This document shows positions 21,467 through 34,300 of a DNA stretch of 64,000 nt, one piece after another. Origin of the DNA: Andalucia godoyi And28 (taxonomy: Eukaryota > Protista > Jakobida); assembly GCA_009859145.1 (NCBI GenBank), contig VRVR01000005.1, positions 75,917 to 139,916 of the forward strand, in the 5' to 3' direction. The position numbers were made by a program, and so were the translations under genes. The number at the start of each line of letters is the position of its first letter. The first letter of the stretch is position 1. Under the pieces are notes generated by a model, which did not search any database, was not told where the DNA came from, and saw only the letters and a program-made list of their open reading frames with translations.

Positions 21467-21831
21467 TTTGCATATCCCTCCGAGTTCACAGTTCAGATCG
21501 GAGGGCAACCTTTTTTTTGAATAATGCAAAACAGAAAAAGAGGCGCAAAAACAGAAACAAAATAAAAGAAAGGGAAAGGGAAAAGGAAAGAGAGAAAAAA
21601 GAAAAAGAAATGGGAATTTGAAAACAATTTAAATCAAGTCTTTCCTTTCCTTTTCTTTTCTTTTAATTGCTGGAGTGGACGACAGAACATACAATGATAC
21701 GAAGCTCCCAATCCACCAGGAACTCCGATCAATAAAAACATCCAATATTCTTCATGCGCAGATCAAACTCGTCGCCATTCTGGCACGAGAAGTAAAGACC
21801 ACTGCGCATCCTTGTCCTCTTTTTTTTTTTT

Positions 21832-23319
<1,488 letters not shown>

Positions 23320-23953
23320 TTATTTTTTTTCTTTTCCTCTATTGCTCTTGAGACGGGAAAGAGGCTGGAAAAAAAAAATTATAAAAAACAAAAAGTAAAA
23401 AACAAGAATTAAAAATATATTGATATATATTGATAAAAAACAATATGTGCGCAGTGCGAGTAAAAGGAGGGGGGGAAAAGGGGAGGGAAGACCAACACGA
23501 AAGCAGAGAAGAGCGAAGACACGCATTCTGCAGCTCAGAAGGGAAAACTCTTTTTTTCCTCAAGCAAGCGACACCCCAGAGCTCAGGGTCCCCCTTCTCG
23601 AAAAAAAGCGCGTTTTCGGATGCAGATGCTTTATTGCATCACTTGATGCTCGAGCGGTTCCTTTTTTTTCCTCTTTCATTCTCTCACTCGTTTGTCATTA
23701 CTTTTTCTTTTTGTTTTTCTGTTTTCCAGTAGTGCACTGGGAGCGTTTGATCGTTTTCTCTGGTTTTCTCACCCAAACCAAACGTTATTTAATTTTTTTG
23801 GCTTGGCATTTTTTTTTAAACCAGTTATTTATTCTGCGGAGTTAGTAATTAGTATTACTGCTTGTATTTTATTATTGTTTTTGTTTTTGTTTTTGTTTTT
23901 TTTGGTGTGGTGGGGGAAAAAAGGTATCAAAGATTGAAGAAAAACTGCGGGTA

Positions 23954-25432
23954 ATGTCAGCGCCTCAATTTCATCCGCAAAGCATTCTTGATCGAATGCG
24001 AGATCTTCGTATGGATTTTTCTGCTTGTTGTTCTTTTGGATGTCAATCGCGAGTGGCGTGCATTGAGGGTTTCCAGCTTTAGACTGATCCTTTTTCTTTT
24101 TCTTTTGTTCTTGCTTTTGCTTTTGATTTTTGATTTTGATTCGGCTTCCCAGGACACGATGGCAGCACTTCGGCTCGTCACAGCTCTGCTTATTCCGGCT
24201 CTGGACCGAATCCTCTGTCTTCGCTGCTGCTGACAAATACTCCGCGAACAAGCACCATGAATTCCTCAACTCCACAGCAATCTTCACAGCCTTTTTCTTC
24301 GTATTCGTCTCAAGCCCAGCACCATAATAACCAAACTCAAAGCTATCTTCACCATCAGCAGCAACAGCAACCATCTCTGTCGTTTCCTGCTACTGGAGAG
24401 CCTCACAAGGCTTACAGTCTACAGAATCAGTCGAACACTGGCAATGGAAATAACAATCTGCAGCAGTATCGGAATGACGAGTTTGCAAGCCCCTCGGAAT
24501 TGCGAATTGATGTGCGCTCTGCGACAAACGGAGAGCTAAAAGAAGAGCTGGTCAAGGTGAGGAGAGAATACGAAGAGTTGGTGAATCGGCTGCTTCGAAT
24601 TGAACAAGAGTTTAGGGAGACGCAGGAGCAAAAGTATCAGTTGGTGATCAAGGTGGAAAAGCTTTCGGGAGAGAACAAGGAGCTTAAGCGGTACTCAGGA
24701 GAGCTGCTCGAGCAGCGTAATGAGCTGTTGCGAAAGATGAATGAAGAGCAGGCATCAAAAATTGCTGAAGGAAAGAACCACCAGAACATGTTCCAGGATA
24801 TGGAAGCCACAATAAGGAATTTAACTGAGCAGAATAACGCTCTGGTCGAATCGCTGTCGACGTTCCCTCGCTCGGCAGGTGGTGCCGCAGATCCTGGTCA
24901 CTTGGCTTCGCGATTCAAGGTTTCCCTGTCGGATTCCACCGGTGAACATGCGGCGTCTCCGGATGCAAAGCCCTATGGATCCGGTAAGCTGATGGAGCTG
25001 CATGAATGGCTCACCTCCAAGGAAATCTTGCCCAAGAAGCAGGATGTCAAGCCGCTGGCGTCCAGTGTATTTCGGTTGTCGGATTTTGAGTCGCCGCAGA
25101 GAGAACCGAACCCGAATCATTCGCATCGAAAGGGGTCGACTTCCGCCACCGCCTTGAATGGAAATGAGTCCAATGCACAAATACCACTGGCCTCCACAGC
25201 CGCATCGTCGTCGTCTGGAGGCGGCAAGAACAAGACAGCGCCGAAAAGGCGGCCCGCCTCGGCGACTGCGAATGCAGCATCGACCGTCACTGCGGATCGA
25301 AGAGAAATTGGAACGTTGAGATTGGGTTCCACCAAAGATGCCGGAAGCCTCGATAAGAAGAGAAACGTCCCTCTGCTCAAGATTGATTTGGCTTCGGACA
25401 TCCCGTTTGACCATTCGCCACCCAGGCTTTAG
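23954..25432 (+). CDS. Hypothetical coiled-coil protein; exons 23954-24008 and 24153-25432 (444 aa)
   Basis: 391-aa ORF with heptad-rich middle; upstream ATG exon joins in frame across a GTATGG...CTGAT...pyrimidine tract...CAG intron (24009-24152). Confidence 0.7.
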
Positions 25433-26333
25433 GACTTCTCTTCTCCCCATGATCTGCCCTGAGTGGTCGGGTATGTATAGTTTTTCCCCGAAGTTTGACG
25501 TGCCTCATTCTTTTTCCCCGGCAATTATAAAATTTGTATAGTACGCACCATACGAGCATAATATGGGTGGAGAACAACAGTCCGTCGACGACTCGTGGAC
25601 AGACTGTGTATGGACATGATTCGCTGGGACGAAGAGTTCCCATCCAGTTTGCATCCAGCCTATTTTTTCTTCTGTGCTCTGGACTCGGAACTCCCGCGTT
25701 CGTCCCTCTACCTCAGAGTGCAACCGGCGATGAGCACCTTCCATTGCAGCGCAGCGCGCTCTGCCGGGATCATAAGAATTAATCAGCACGAAAATCCTGC
25801 CAAAGGGGACCGGGCCTCTATAGCAAAATGACCCACGGTCCATGACATCCCATATATTTGTATTTGTACCACAGCGGTGGTCTGAATGAGGACGCGTGGT
25901 GGTGTTTTGTCCACGGACCACGCTGCCTCCGCCGACGGTCTGCAACCAACTGCATCGTCAATGGAACGAGTTTGCCGACAGTACCAGGTGTGATCTTCCG
26001 CAGCAGCTCATATGCAGTGGCCGTACCTCCTTCAAGAGGAATACGCAAATTCGTATTCTGAGGTCGCGGTGGCAGCCATTCCAGTTCTTTCTTCCAAGCG
26101 CCCAGCTGTCTTTCTCTTGTTCCCCCCTCCCCTTTTCCACGTGACGTGACTGCTGTACGCTGTTTCAACAAACCTCATGCAGGGAAACTTGAGACTAGTT
26201 CTTTCTTCACTACAGTACACAGGAGGAACAACGACTCGCGAAAAGATGCTGGCAACGAACGGGACTGTTCAAAGTGTAGGCCGTGTGTATGCAAATTTGT
26301 TGACTGCTTCGTCATTCATTGTAGACTGGGACG

Positions 26334-26981
26334 ATGAGCGAGTCTCTGACGAGCCGTTTGAACCATCTGTGGTCTCTTGGGTTCGCGACGGCGCTGGAAA
26401 CACCCGGTTTATCGCGGTACTACATGACCCAGTTTCGGCACTTGGCAACACTGCACGGCGTGTCGATCAAAGACCAAACATGGTCTCAGGCTTGTTTCGC
26501 TTGCGGAACAGTCTATCTGCACGGATCAAACTGTTCCGTCAAACATCTTCCTGCAATTCGAAAGTCCCACCTTCATCATCATCTGACGCTCCGTATGCGA
26601 ATCAAGTGCAGTGTGTGCGGCTTCAAAAAAGTCCATTCTGTCCGATTGGACCTTCCTAAGCCTGCAAATGCCGGTTCTGCAATGGATGCTAAGATTCCAA
26701 AACAAAGAAACCACGCAGCAACCATCACTAAACCCAGACCGTCCCCGTCGTCTGGACCGTCGTTGTTTATCTTGGATAAGAATAAGCCGAGGGCCCAACT
26801 GCTGGCGAATGATGCCGAACAACCACAGCAGCCACAACCACTGCAGCCACAACCACTGCAGCCGCAGAAGAAGACAGGAGAGCATGACAAGACTTGCAAA
26901 AAGGACAAGAAGTCGACGAGCAGCGGGAATGCTGGAGGGAAGCTCGGCAACTACCTTGCCTCTCTCGGCATCAAGATGTAA
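26334..26981 (+). CDS. RPP21: RNase P subunit Rpr2/RPP21 family zinc-ribbon protein
   Basis: RLNHLW...LSRYY...CFACGTVYLHGSNC...IKCSVCG two CxxC pairs, K-rich tail; 215 aa. Confidence 0.85.
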   Translation: MSESLTSRLNHLWSLGFATALETPGLSRYYMTQFRHLATLHGVSIKDQTWSQACFACGTVYLHGSNCSVKHLPAIRKSHLHHHLTLRMRIKCSVCGFKKVHSVRLDLPKPANAGSAMDAKIPKQRNHAATITKPRPSPSSGPSLFILDKNKPRAQLLANDAEQPQQPQPLQPQPLQPQKKTGEHDKTCKKDKKSTSSGNAGGKLGNYLASLGIKM

Positions 26982-27101
26982 TTTTGTATATTTTACAGAA
27001 TATAAAGTTGATGATTTTTTAATTGTTCATTCACACTTCATCAAGAAGATAACTTAATTACACACTGTCCTTCTGTCCGCACCGCGTTTGCTGAACCTCT
27101 G

Positions 27102-27473
27102 TTATCGACTAATGAACTTTGAGATAGACGAACCTGATCGCTTGACGACGGTTTTCCGAAGCGCCTGCGTGACGCGGTGTTTCTTTGCCTTTGCTCTCAT
27201 TTTTGAGCTGACACGGAGAATCGCAGTCGTCGCTTCCGGTACCGTGACTTTCGAAGACCGGGTCGTCTCCGATTCTTGACCCATGCTAGAGTCGTCGTCC
27301 GCTGCACAGGCTTCGGCGCGCGCAGCAGCCATACGAGCCTCCGTGGCTGCAATGTGCGCTTGCAGCTTCGCGGACAGCTCTTGGGTCCGCGGGTTCTCCA
27401 CGGTCTCCTTTACAATCGACGACTGAATCGAATGGTTCTTCTTTATACTCGACGATCGAATAGACTTTCCCAT
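27102..27473 (-). CDS. DUF2423 / YBL028C-like small basic protein (pre-60S associated)
   Basis: From ATG 27473: MGKSIRSSSIKKNHS...VENPRTQELSAKL resembles the MAKSxRSS...xxRxxxLSxKL N-terminus of this family; K/R-rich tail; 123 aa. Confidence 0.6.
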   Translation of the reverse strand: MGKSIRSSSIKKNHSIQSSIVKETVENPRTQELSAKLQAHIAATEARMAAARAEACAADDDSSMGQESETTRSSKVTVPEATTAILRVSSKMRAKAKKHRVTQALRKTVVKRSGSSISKFISR

Positions 27474-27484
27474 CTCGTTATTCC

Positions 27485-27574
27485 TACTCCTACTCTTCCG
27501 AATACTCCTACTCTTCCGACTACTCCTACTCTTCCGAATACTCCTACTCTTCCGAATACTCCTACTCTTCCGAC
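27485..27574. repeat. 18-bp minisatellite, 5 copies (TACTCCTACTCTTCCGAA/C)
   Basis: Five consecutive units differing only at the last base; ends 12 nt upstream of the ATG at 27473. Confidence 0.97.
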
Positions 27575-27941
27575 TACTACAATAACTTTTCCATAACAAT
27601 CTCGGTTTTTCAAAAGCAAGAAAAAGGTTTTTTTCGCTCATCATCATTTGGGGTCTGCAGAGAACGTGCTTGATGCTTATCGCTTGATACTATAGTCGAA
27701 TCTCTTTCTGTTTCAGCAACTCAAGAATTTCCCTCGATGCAGGTTTTCTTTCTGCTTTCTTCTATCTGGGTTTTTAACTCTCCCTTTCTGCCATCGTCGT
27801 GAAGGCGCGAGTGGCTGAGTAGTAGGCCAGTATATTGTTTTCAAGACATGCCTAGTGCACTGTGAAAATAACAACGAGAAAGAAAGATTTGAAAATAAAT
27901 AAAAAAGAAAGAAAGAAAGAGAGGGAGATATATAGAGAGAG

Positions 27942-30017
27942 ATGGTGGTTCGAGGATTGTTGGAGCATGTTCAGAACAAGGATGAGAGTTCGATGGAACT
28001 AATTGACGTAGCGCAATTCGCACCGATTGGATCGATTGTTGTGGATGCGCCGAGTGTGATTGAATATTTGTGGCCACGCACATTTTCATTGTTTGATGCG
28101 TCGTTTGGAGGAAATTACATGGCTTTTGTCGCTGCGTTCCGATCGTTTGTCGAGCAATTGCAAGCTGCGACACAGGCAACGGAAATCGCGTTCTTCTTCG
28201 ACTCGGTGCCGGAGGAGTTTCGGTTCGATGAGGTGGTCGATCAGTATAAGAGAAGTGTTTCTGTCGCGAACAACGTGCCGAGTACAATATGCTCTCAGAA
28301 GTCGATGATCATCAAGGGATCGACAATTCCCTCGCCGGCGTTGGCGTATTCGGTGGCGCTGTGGATTCTCTCTGCATATCCGTTTGTGAAAGTGTTTCAA
28401 AGTCTAGACGGCGAAATCGATGCTGCTGCGTCCGCATATGCTTTACTCACAGGCTCCTTTGCTGTGATTTCCAACGATTCGGATTTTCTAGTGCACAACG
28501 TGCCATTCATGCCGCTGAACTCCATGCTTTTCCCGTTTCTCAAAAGGTTCTGTTCAAAGGAAGTTGCGGTGCCAGTTCCGTACTTGGCGCAAAACTCGAC
28601 AGATTGTATCGCGGGACGGTTGTACAAGCCGAACGCGGCTGCGGGTTCCTTGGGCTTGGATCAGTGGATGCTACCGTACTTTGCATGTTTGATCGGCTGC
28701 GATTATGTCAAACGAGAGCACGGACTCGAGCTGATCGTGAACAAGGTGCAGAATTTAATGGATACCGGATACCAGGTGGGCGCAATTGCAGAGTACCTTC
28801 CGTCTTTTACAAAGGAGGCGCTCTCTGGCGAAAAGCTGGCCCAGAAGTTCCTCTCCGCTTCCAACCTCTCCGAGAGCTTTCGACAAGAATTCATCAAGGC
28901 TTATGAGAATGGACTTGCATTTTACACACGAACTGGCACTTGGAAACCGGCCATGTTTTCCAGGCACGTGCATGGTCTCACGACTCGGCATATTCTCTTC
29001 GTGCCTCCGGTGTTTTCTAAAGGCCCCGCAGAACGGTTTTCTTCCGAACGCTTCCGATACATTCGGCAAGCGTTGTGTGCACAATGGGATTCGCTGTTTG
29101 GCTCGGCCAACATGCCACTTTCCGTTCTTGAGATTCACCCTTCTCCATCGGGGGTTGGTCAAACAAAGCTCCTGGTGGGCGCTCGAGAGACGGAGTATCG
29201 TCCTTTGTATGACCTTTTTATTCAGGAGCTGCGGGAGCGGAAGGACGTCTCCAGACGAGTAGAGCCTCGATTGGAGCAACTGTTGTTTACGGTGCTGAAC
29301 CGAGCAGGATCTGCCTCTCACCTGTCTGCATTGCGTGGAAGCTCGTTATACACGGCTCTTGTTTCAGAGAGCTTGCCAATGACAAGGTTTGTCAGACTTG
29401 TCGTGGTCGTGGCGTCGATGTCGATGCTGCTATCCGTTGAAGAGCTCTTCGCCTTGTCAGTCTACAGCTTTCATCTTGCACGGCTTTCGGTTTCGGTGAC
29501 AAGCAGGTATGCTGGCGCGTCCATTGAACCGAAACAGTGGACAGACGACGAAATTGCAGACATTGATTCTCGCATGTACGAAACATCGTCTGTCTTGCAA
29601 AGTGTCTTATGGCATCTTTGTTTGGTGAACGAGGCCATGAGTCGTCCTCTCAAGTACGCTCCAGAAGAGCTTTCGAGCGGGCTGGACACCTCTGGTCTCG
29701 CGAGAATCCTGGTTCGTCGTCAGCAAGGCTACGGGTGGTTGGATTTGAATTTGCCAGACATCAGCGTGGATTCTGTTGGCGAGGGTGTTATGTGGCTTCG
29801 GCAAGTCGCCAAAGACCTGCGCGAATGTTGCAGCTTGTCGATTTTTCAGTCGTCTTCGGACGTATTACGAGACATTAACGCAATCGGACGATCGAAGAAA
29901 CGATCTCGAAAGGACTCGGAAAAGGCAGCTTCGGCCAGTAAGAAGCCGCGATCTTCGCTACCAGCCTCGGGGAGTGCTGCGAGCACCTCCACCTCCACCT
30001 CCACCTCCACTGGGTGA
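27942..30017 (+). CDS. Asteroid/FAM120/XPG-like PIN-domain protein
   Basis: MVVRGL start, IVVDA, GGNY, FFFDS, EID, VISNDSDF, FACLIGCDY motifs in the expected order; 691 aa. Confidence 0.8.
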   Translation: MVVRGLLEHVQNKDESSMELIDVAQFAPIGSIVVDAPSVIEYLWPRTFSLFDASFGGNYMAFVAAFRSFVEQLQAATQATEIAFFFDSVPEEFRFDEVVDQYKRSVSVANNVPSTICSQKSMIIKGSTIPSPALAYSVALWILSAYPFVKVFQSLDGEIDAAASAYALLTGSFAVISNDSDFLVHNVPFMPLNSMLFPFLKRFCSKEVAVPVPYLAQNSTDCIAGRLYKPNAAAGSLGLDQWMLPYFACLIGCDYVKREHGLELIVNKVQNLMDTGYQVGAIAEYLPSFTKEALSGEKLAQKFLSASNLSESFRQEFIKAYENGLAFYTRTGTWKPAMFSRHVHGLTTRHILFVPPVFSKGPAERFSSERFRYIRQALCAQWDSLFGSANMPLSVLEIHPSPSGVGQTKLLVGARETEYRPLYDLFIQELRERKDVSRRVEPRLEQLLFTVLNRAGSASHLSALRGSSLYTALVSESLPMTRFVRLVVVVASMSMLLSVEELFALSVYSFHLARLSVSVTSRYAGASIEPKQWTDDEIADIDSRMYETSSVLQSVLWHLCLVNEAMSRPLKYAPEELSSGLDTSGLARILVRRQQGYGWLDLNLPDISVDSVGEGVMWLRQVAKDLRECCSLSIFQSSSDVLRDINAIGRSKKRSRKDSEKAASASKKPRSSLPASGSAASTSTSTSTSTG

Positions 30018-30306
30018 TTGGATTGGGCAGGGGTGCCTCGGGTCGCATTTGCTTGTCATTATCCAGTGTCCTGTAAAAATAACAACTCGTATCCCGTTTG
30101 TCGCCGCACGCGCGCGCCATATTTTCCGTTCACAGAATTACAGAGAGCATTCCAAACGTCAGCAAATCTGTCGGTATCTACCAGATGAAAACGGATGATC
30201 ACCTTGAAGCGAAAAAGAAGGAGAGAGAGGGAGAGAGAGAGAGAGAGAAGAACGGATGCAGCATGAGAATGACCAAGCATGAGCAAGCTCGATAACGATT
30301 CAGTTT

Positions 30307-30801
30307 CTACAGTTTTGCGCCCTGTTTCAGCTGGAGTTGTGCAGCTCCATAAACATCATTCAAATCAGCCTTCTTTTCCACTGAGGTCTGTTCTGAGCTT
30401 GAGGATGCCTGGTTTGCTGAATGATGCTGCAGACGACGATTGTGGTCCATTGTAACAAGATAGGACAGGATGAAAGGATCAAGGTTAAGCGCAGGTTCCC
30501 ATATGCCCTTGTTTGGTCTCGGCAGGATATGGTGGATGATTCTGTGCAGCCGTTCAATGTAAGGAACAAGATGCACAACTTGCTCGTGAGCAGGCAGTCG
30601 TTGCAACGATCGAATCAACTCATCGGTCGTAGTAATGCGCGGTTCTGTTGGGGACGGAGACGGAGACGGAGACTGCGATGCTGACAGCGATAGCGCCAGT
30701 GACTGTGTCGGTCGGAGAAATGAAGAATCCAAGAGTTCTGCAACTCGAGCATCACTCTCGACGCGATCAGAGTCACTCTGTCCGTTCTCGGTCGGTTGCA
30801 T
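30307..30801 (-). CDS. Hypothetical protein (164 aa)
   Basis: ORF with coding-like composition filling the gap; no family recognised; start context (tggATG) atypical for this window. Confidence 0.45.
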   Translation of the reverse strand: MQPTENGQSDSDRVESDARVAELLDSSFLRPTQSLALSLSASQSPSPSPSPTEPRITTTDELIRSLQRLPAHEQVVHLVPYIERLHRIIHHILPRPNKGIWEPALNLDPFILSYLVTMDHNRRLQHHSANQASSSSEQTSVEKKADLNDVYGAAQLQLKQGAKL

Positions 30802-31366
30802 CCACTCGATTTTTTCCCGACACCCAACCGTCACATGGAGAATTTCACCACACAACCTATTTGCTGATGCTGGCTGGTCTTCGTCAAGCTCACCTAGAAG
30901 TTTTGAAGACCCCTTAGGCGGTGACGGACAGTCTCGATTCCCTGCAAATAGAAATCAGAAAAGGCTCGCGTGCATGCATATGCTTCGATCGTCGATTCTC
31001 CAGAAACTGAGGAGGTACTGTTCTACAGTAGTTGCACAGCGCCAGCACGAACAGTGGACTTGATGCTTGATGGCAGAGGCTTTTTTTATTTTAAATTGCT
31101 GTTTTCTTTCCCGATTAAAAAGGTTTTTTGCAACGTCCTCATAGGAGACTAATCTCCCCGCTTTTTGCGCTACGAGTTTTCCTCATTGCTTCTGTGATTC
31201 ACGGATTTCACGTATAATATTATTGTTGCCATTATCGTTATTAGTATCGCTGTCACTATTTGGCTGTCTTTGGTTTTAAAAAACTGTAGTTTTCTGTCTT
31301 GTTTCGAATCACCCCGCGGTTTTTTTGTATTTTCCGGATTTGGAATCACTTGTACCAAAGACGAAG

Positions 31367-34300
31367 ATGAGTCATCTGTTGGCAATGGAGCAGATTCGAC
31401 TTGTGGAAGCTGCGTTTCGACAAGATATGACGTTTGCAGCGGATCTTGGATCTTGTGTATCTTCCATTGCTCCTCAAGTTACGTCGCTGAGGACGGCTGT
31501 GGGAAACAACGATCCGGTGAATGAACAGATTGTCCGTGATTTATTGTGCAAATTGAGCATATCTTGCTTTCGAAAACTATTGTTCCCAAATCAGTCGGAT
31601 CTCTCTTTTGTGGTGGAATCGCGAGGAAGACTCGATCAGCTGTTCCAGTATTTATGGGATTTGTACATTTCTTCGTCACAGTTGCTTCCGGAACTGGGAC
31701 GTGCTCTGCAGCCTGTTCTCGACGACATGGCGAAATGCGAACAGTGTCCAGAAGTTGTGAACGTCACATTCCATGCTCCTAGTACGGTTTTTAATCTCGA
31801 GCAGAACCTAAAGGCGTTTCTGCAGTCTATTGAGGCCATGCAACATGTGTTTGCCGATATTCAAGAGAAGAACATGCTACCTGCTGACAACGATGGCAGC
31901 GATGCCGACCATCATCATCATCGCCATCATGATGTCATCCATGGTGACATGTCTGAGGCAGAGTCTACAGAACTGGAAAGGCTGCGGGAAACGGTTCGTA
32001 CGCAAGAAGAGGAGTGGAAAAAGATAATGAACATCATCGATCGAGTTATCGAATCAACACAATTTCTTGCCCAAGAAGCAAGCCCGGGGCGCAGAGAAAG
32101 CCGGGTGCAGACGTTCTTGAGCCGCATGGATCTTCTCATCGCGCAGCATCCTGGATCCCCGATTGGTGCAAGAGCACGCTCTCCTCACGGGAGACCGCGG
32201 TCGGGAAGTTCCAGCTTGGATGAGCTCACAATGTGGCCTCAAAAGGAAAAGAAGTTGCAGGAAGAGATCCGCGCGAGGGAAGAGCAAATGGACATGAAGG
32301 ATTCCTTGATTGAGCAGCTGAACACCGACATCGCATTTCTCAAGACGCAGATCGGCAACTTGCAGGATGAGATGCACGGACGAGCGTCGTTGGATCCGGA
32401 AGCTGGAGATGTTGAAAGAACGAACGGCTCCATGGCTTCGCGCTCTCGGGAGTATCAATCCGGATTGCAGAGTTCATCGACGAACAGAAATTCTTCGTCT
32501 CTCGGCGGGTTTATCATACCAGATGACGACGATCACAATCCAGACAGCGCCCCTGCCATTCGGACCTCGGTTTCGTGTCTGTACTCTAATGCGACAAACG
32601 AAGATAGAATCGTAGTCTCCGTTTCGCAGTCTGCTACACCCAGCGCTCTGCTCCGAGAGGAAGACTATGTTGCGCTCTGCAACAGGGTGCAAGCACTTCA
32701 GGCGGAGAATGAACAGCTGCAATCGTCGTTCGGACTGATTGAGCGCTATGAACGCCAAGTTCAGGTACTGGAATACCAGTCAGGAGACCTTCGGCATCAA
32801 GTCGAATCACTGCAGGCAGAGCTTGCGCTGTACAACAAAGTCTGCGTTGATCAAGCCGTACAAGTTGCAGTCGGTGTGCGCAGTCGCCAAATCCAGACCA
32901 CGCAAACCATGAAGCTGGAAACCGAAAAGGACGTCTTAATCTTGAACCTGCAAAACAACCAGAGAGAACCAGCTGATTTTATTGCTGTGAACTTGTTTGC
33001 ATTTGAATATCTCGATCATTCACTGGATACAATTCGAGTGAGTGTCTCGGATGTTGTGCAGCCCGCAGAGTATCGACGCGAATTGTATTTCAAGAGCCTG
33101 GACATCCAAACTCTGGAAGCCCAGTTGTCGATTCATCAGGAAAACCATGATTCACAACACGTAGCAAGATCGACTTCTCCCTCCGAGCTTGTTGTGGATA
33201 GTAAGGCTCTTATTCGCTCGCTGAAGGCTGAGAATACTTTGCTGTCCAGCCAAGTCGCTTCTCTCAAAGTTTCCATTGTTGCCCACGAGAAGGAAATCCA
33301 GGAAGTGACCGAGAAGTACGAGGCGAAGCTCAAGTTGTACTATGATGCAAGTTCAGACGTGCGGAAGTTTGATCAGCACCTTTCAAAGATGAAGACAGAA
33401 GTGGAGGAAGCGGCGTCAGAGAAGATTCTAGAGTTGCAAAAAGAGTTGTCCGCCGTTGAAGAGCATCATCGAACGGCGTTGGAGAGGGCAGCAGAAAAAT
33501 TAAATGCGGAATGGAAAGAAAGAATGGATGCGGAGCATCGTCTGTGGAGTTCCTTGCATCGGAGTTCTGTCCCGCCTTCTTCAAAGTCTGTCGTCCCTGG
33601 AACTGCAGACAGTGTCGCGCTGGGTGTTGATTACGAAGCTCTTTCGGTATCCAATCTGGAGAACTATACTTTGCAGCAGCGATCTCCTGGCGGCAGACCG
33701 CATTCGTCTCCGTATGTTCGCAACCCAAGACGACCATCGGACCGACCGTCGTCATTTTCAGGATACAGACGCAAGATTCGAAATGCGAATGGAATGGAGG
33801 AGGAGGAAGTCGACGATGCGACAAATGTAGATGGATTGGTGTCTCCTATTGTGGCTCACCCGAACAGTGGTTCCCTTTTGGACGACCGGTCTCTCGCCGT
33901 GTCGAATCAGGAGCATTTGAGACCGAGCACGACACAGAGTGTATTTGCCGAGGATATGCAACATCGCGTTACTGCAAAAACACTGCTTCACCGAGCATTT
34001 GAAGTTCTTGGGAAAATCAAGACTGCTGTTCAATCTGTCTCCGTTTCCGTGGACGAGAACAAGTCCGTGGACGACAGTATTCGGAAGCAGCGGTTTGTGC
34101 TCAAGCAAACTCTGAAGATGCTTGAAGATGAACTAGTTGCGGATGCGACGATGTCTGTGACTTTGTCTACACCACTTTCTTTGACTTGCTTGTTTGATAT
34201 CCTCGCCTTCGACTGCCCGGCGTTTGCTACTGCGGTCGGGAAATTGCTCAAGACGGTCACCATATCCCCGGAAGCCTTGTCGTATATTAAGCGACGCGGA

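Noticed and set aside
23829-24374. Basic minus-strand ORFs resembling ribosomal or Alb1-like peptides
   Set aside because: They are the antisense reading of the first exon and pyrimidine-rich intron of the plus-strand coiled-coil gene.
26180-26200. GGGAAACTTGAGACTAG resembling RNase P RNA conserved region I next to RPP21
   Set aside because: One base short of the consensus, no matching CR-V/P4 partner, and a full RNA would overlap the RPP21 CDS.
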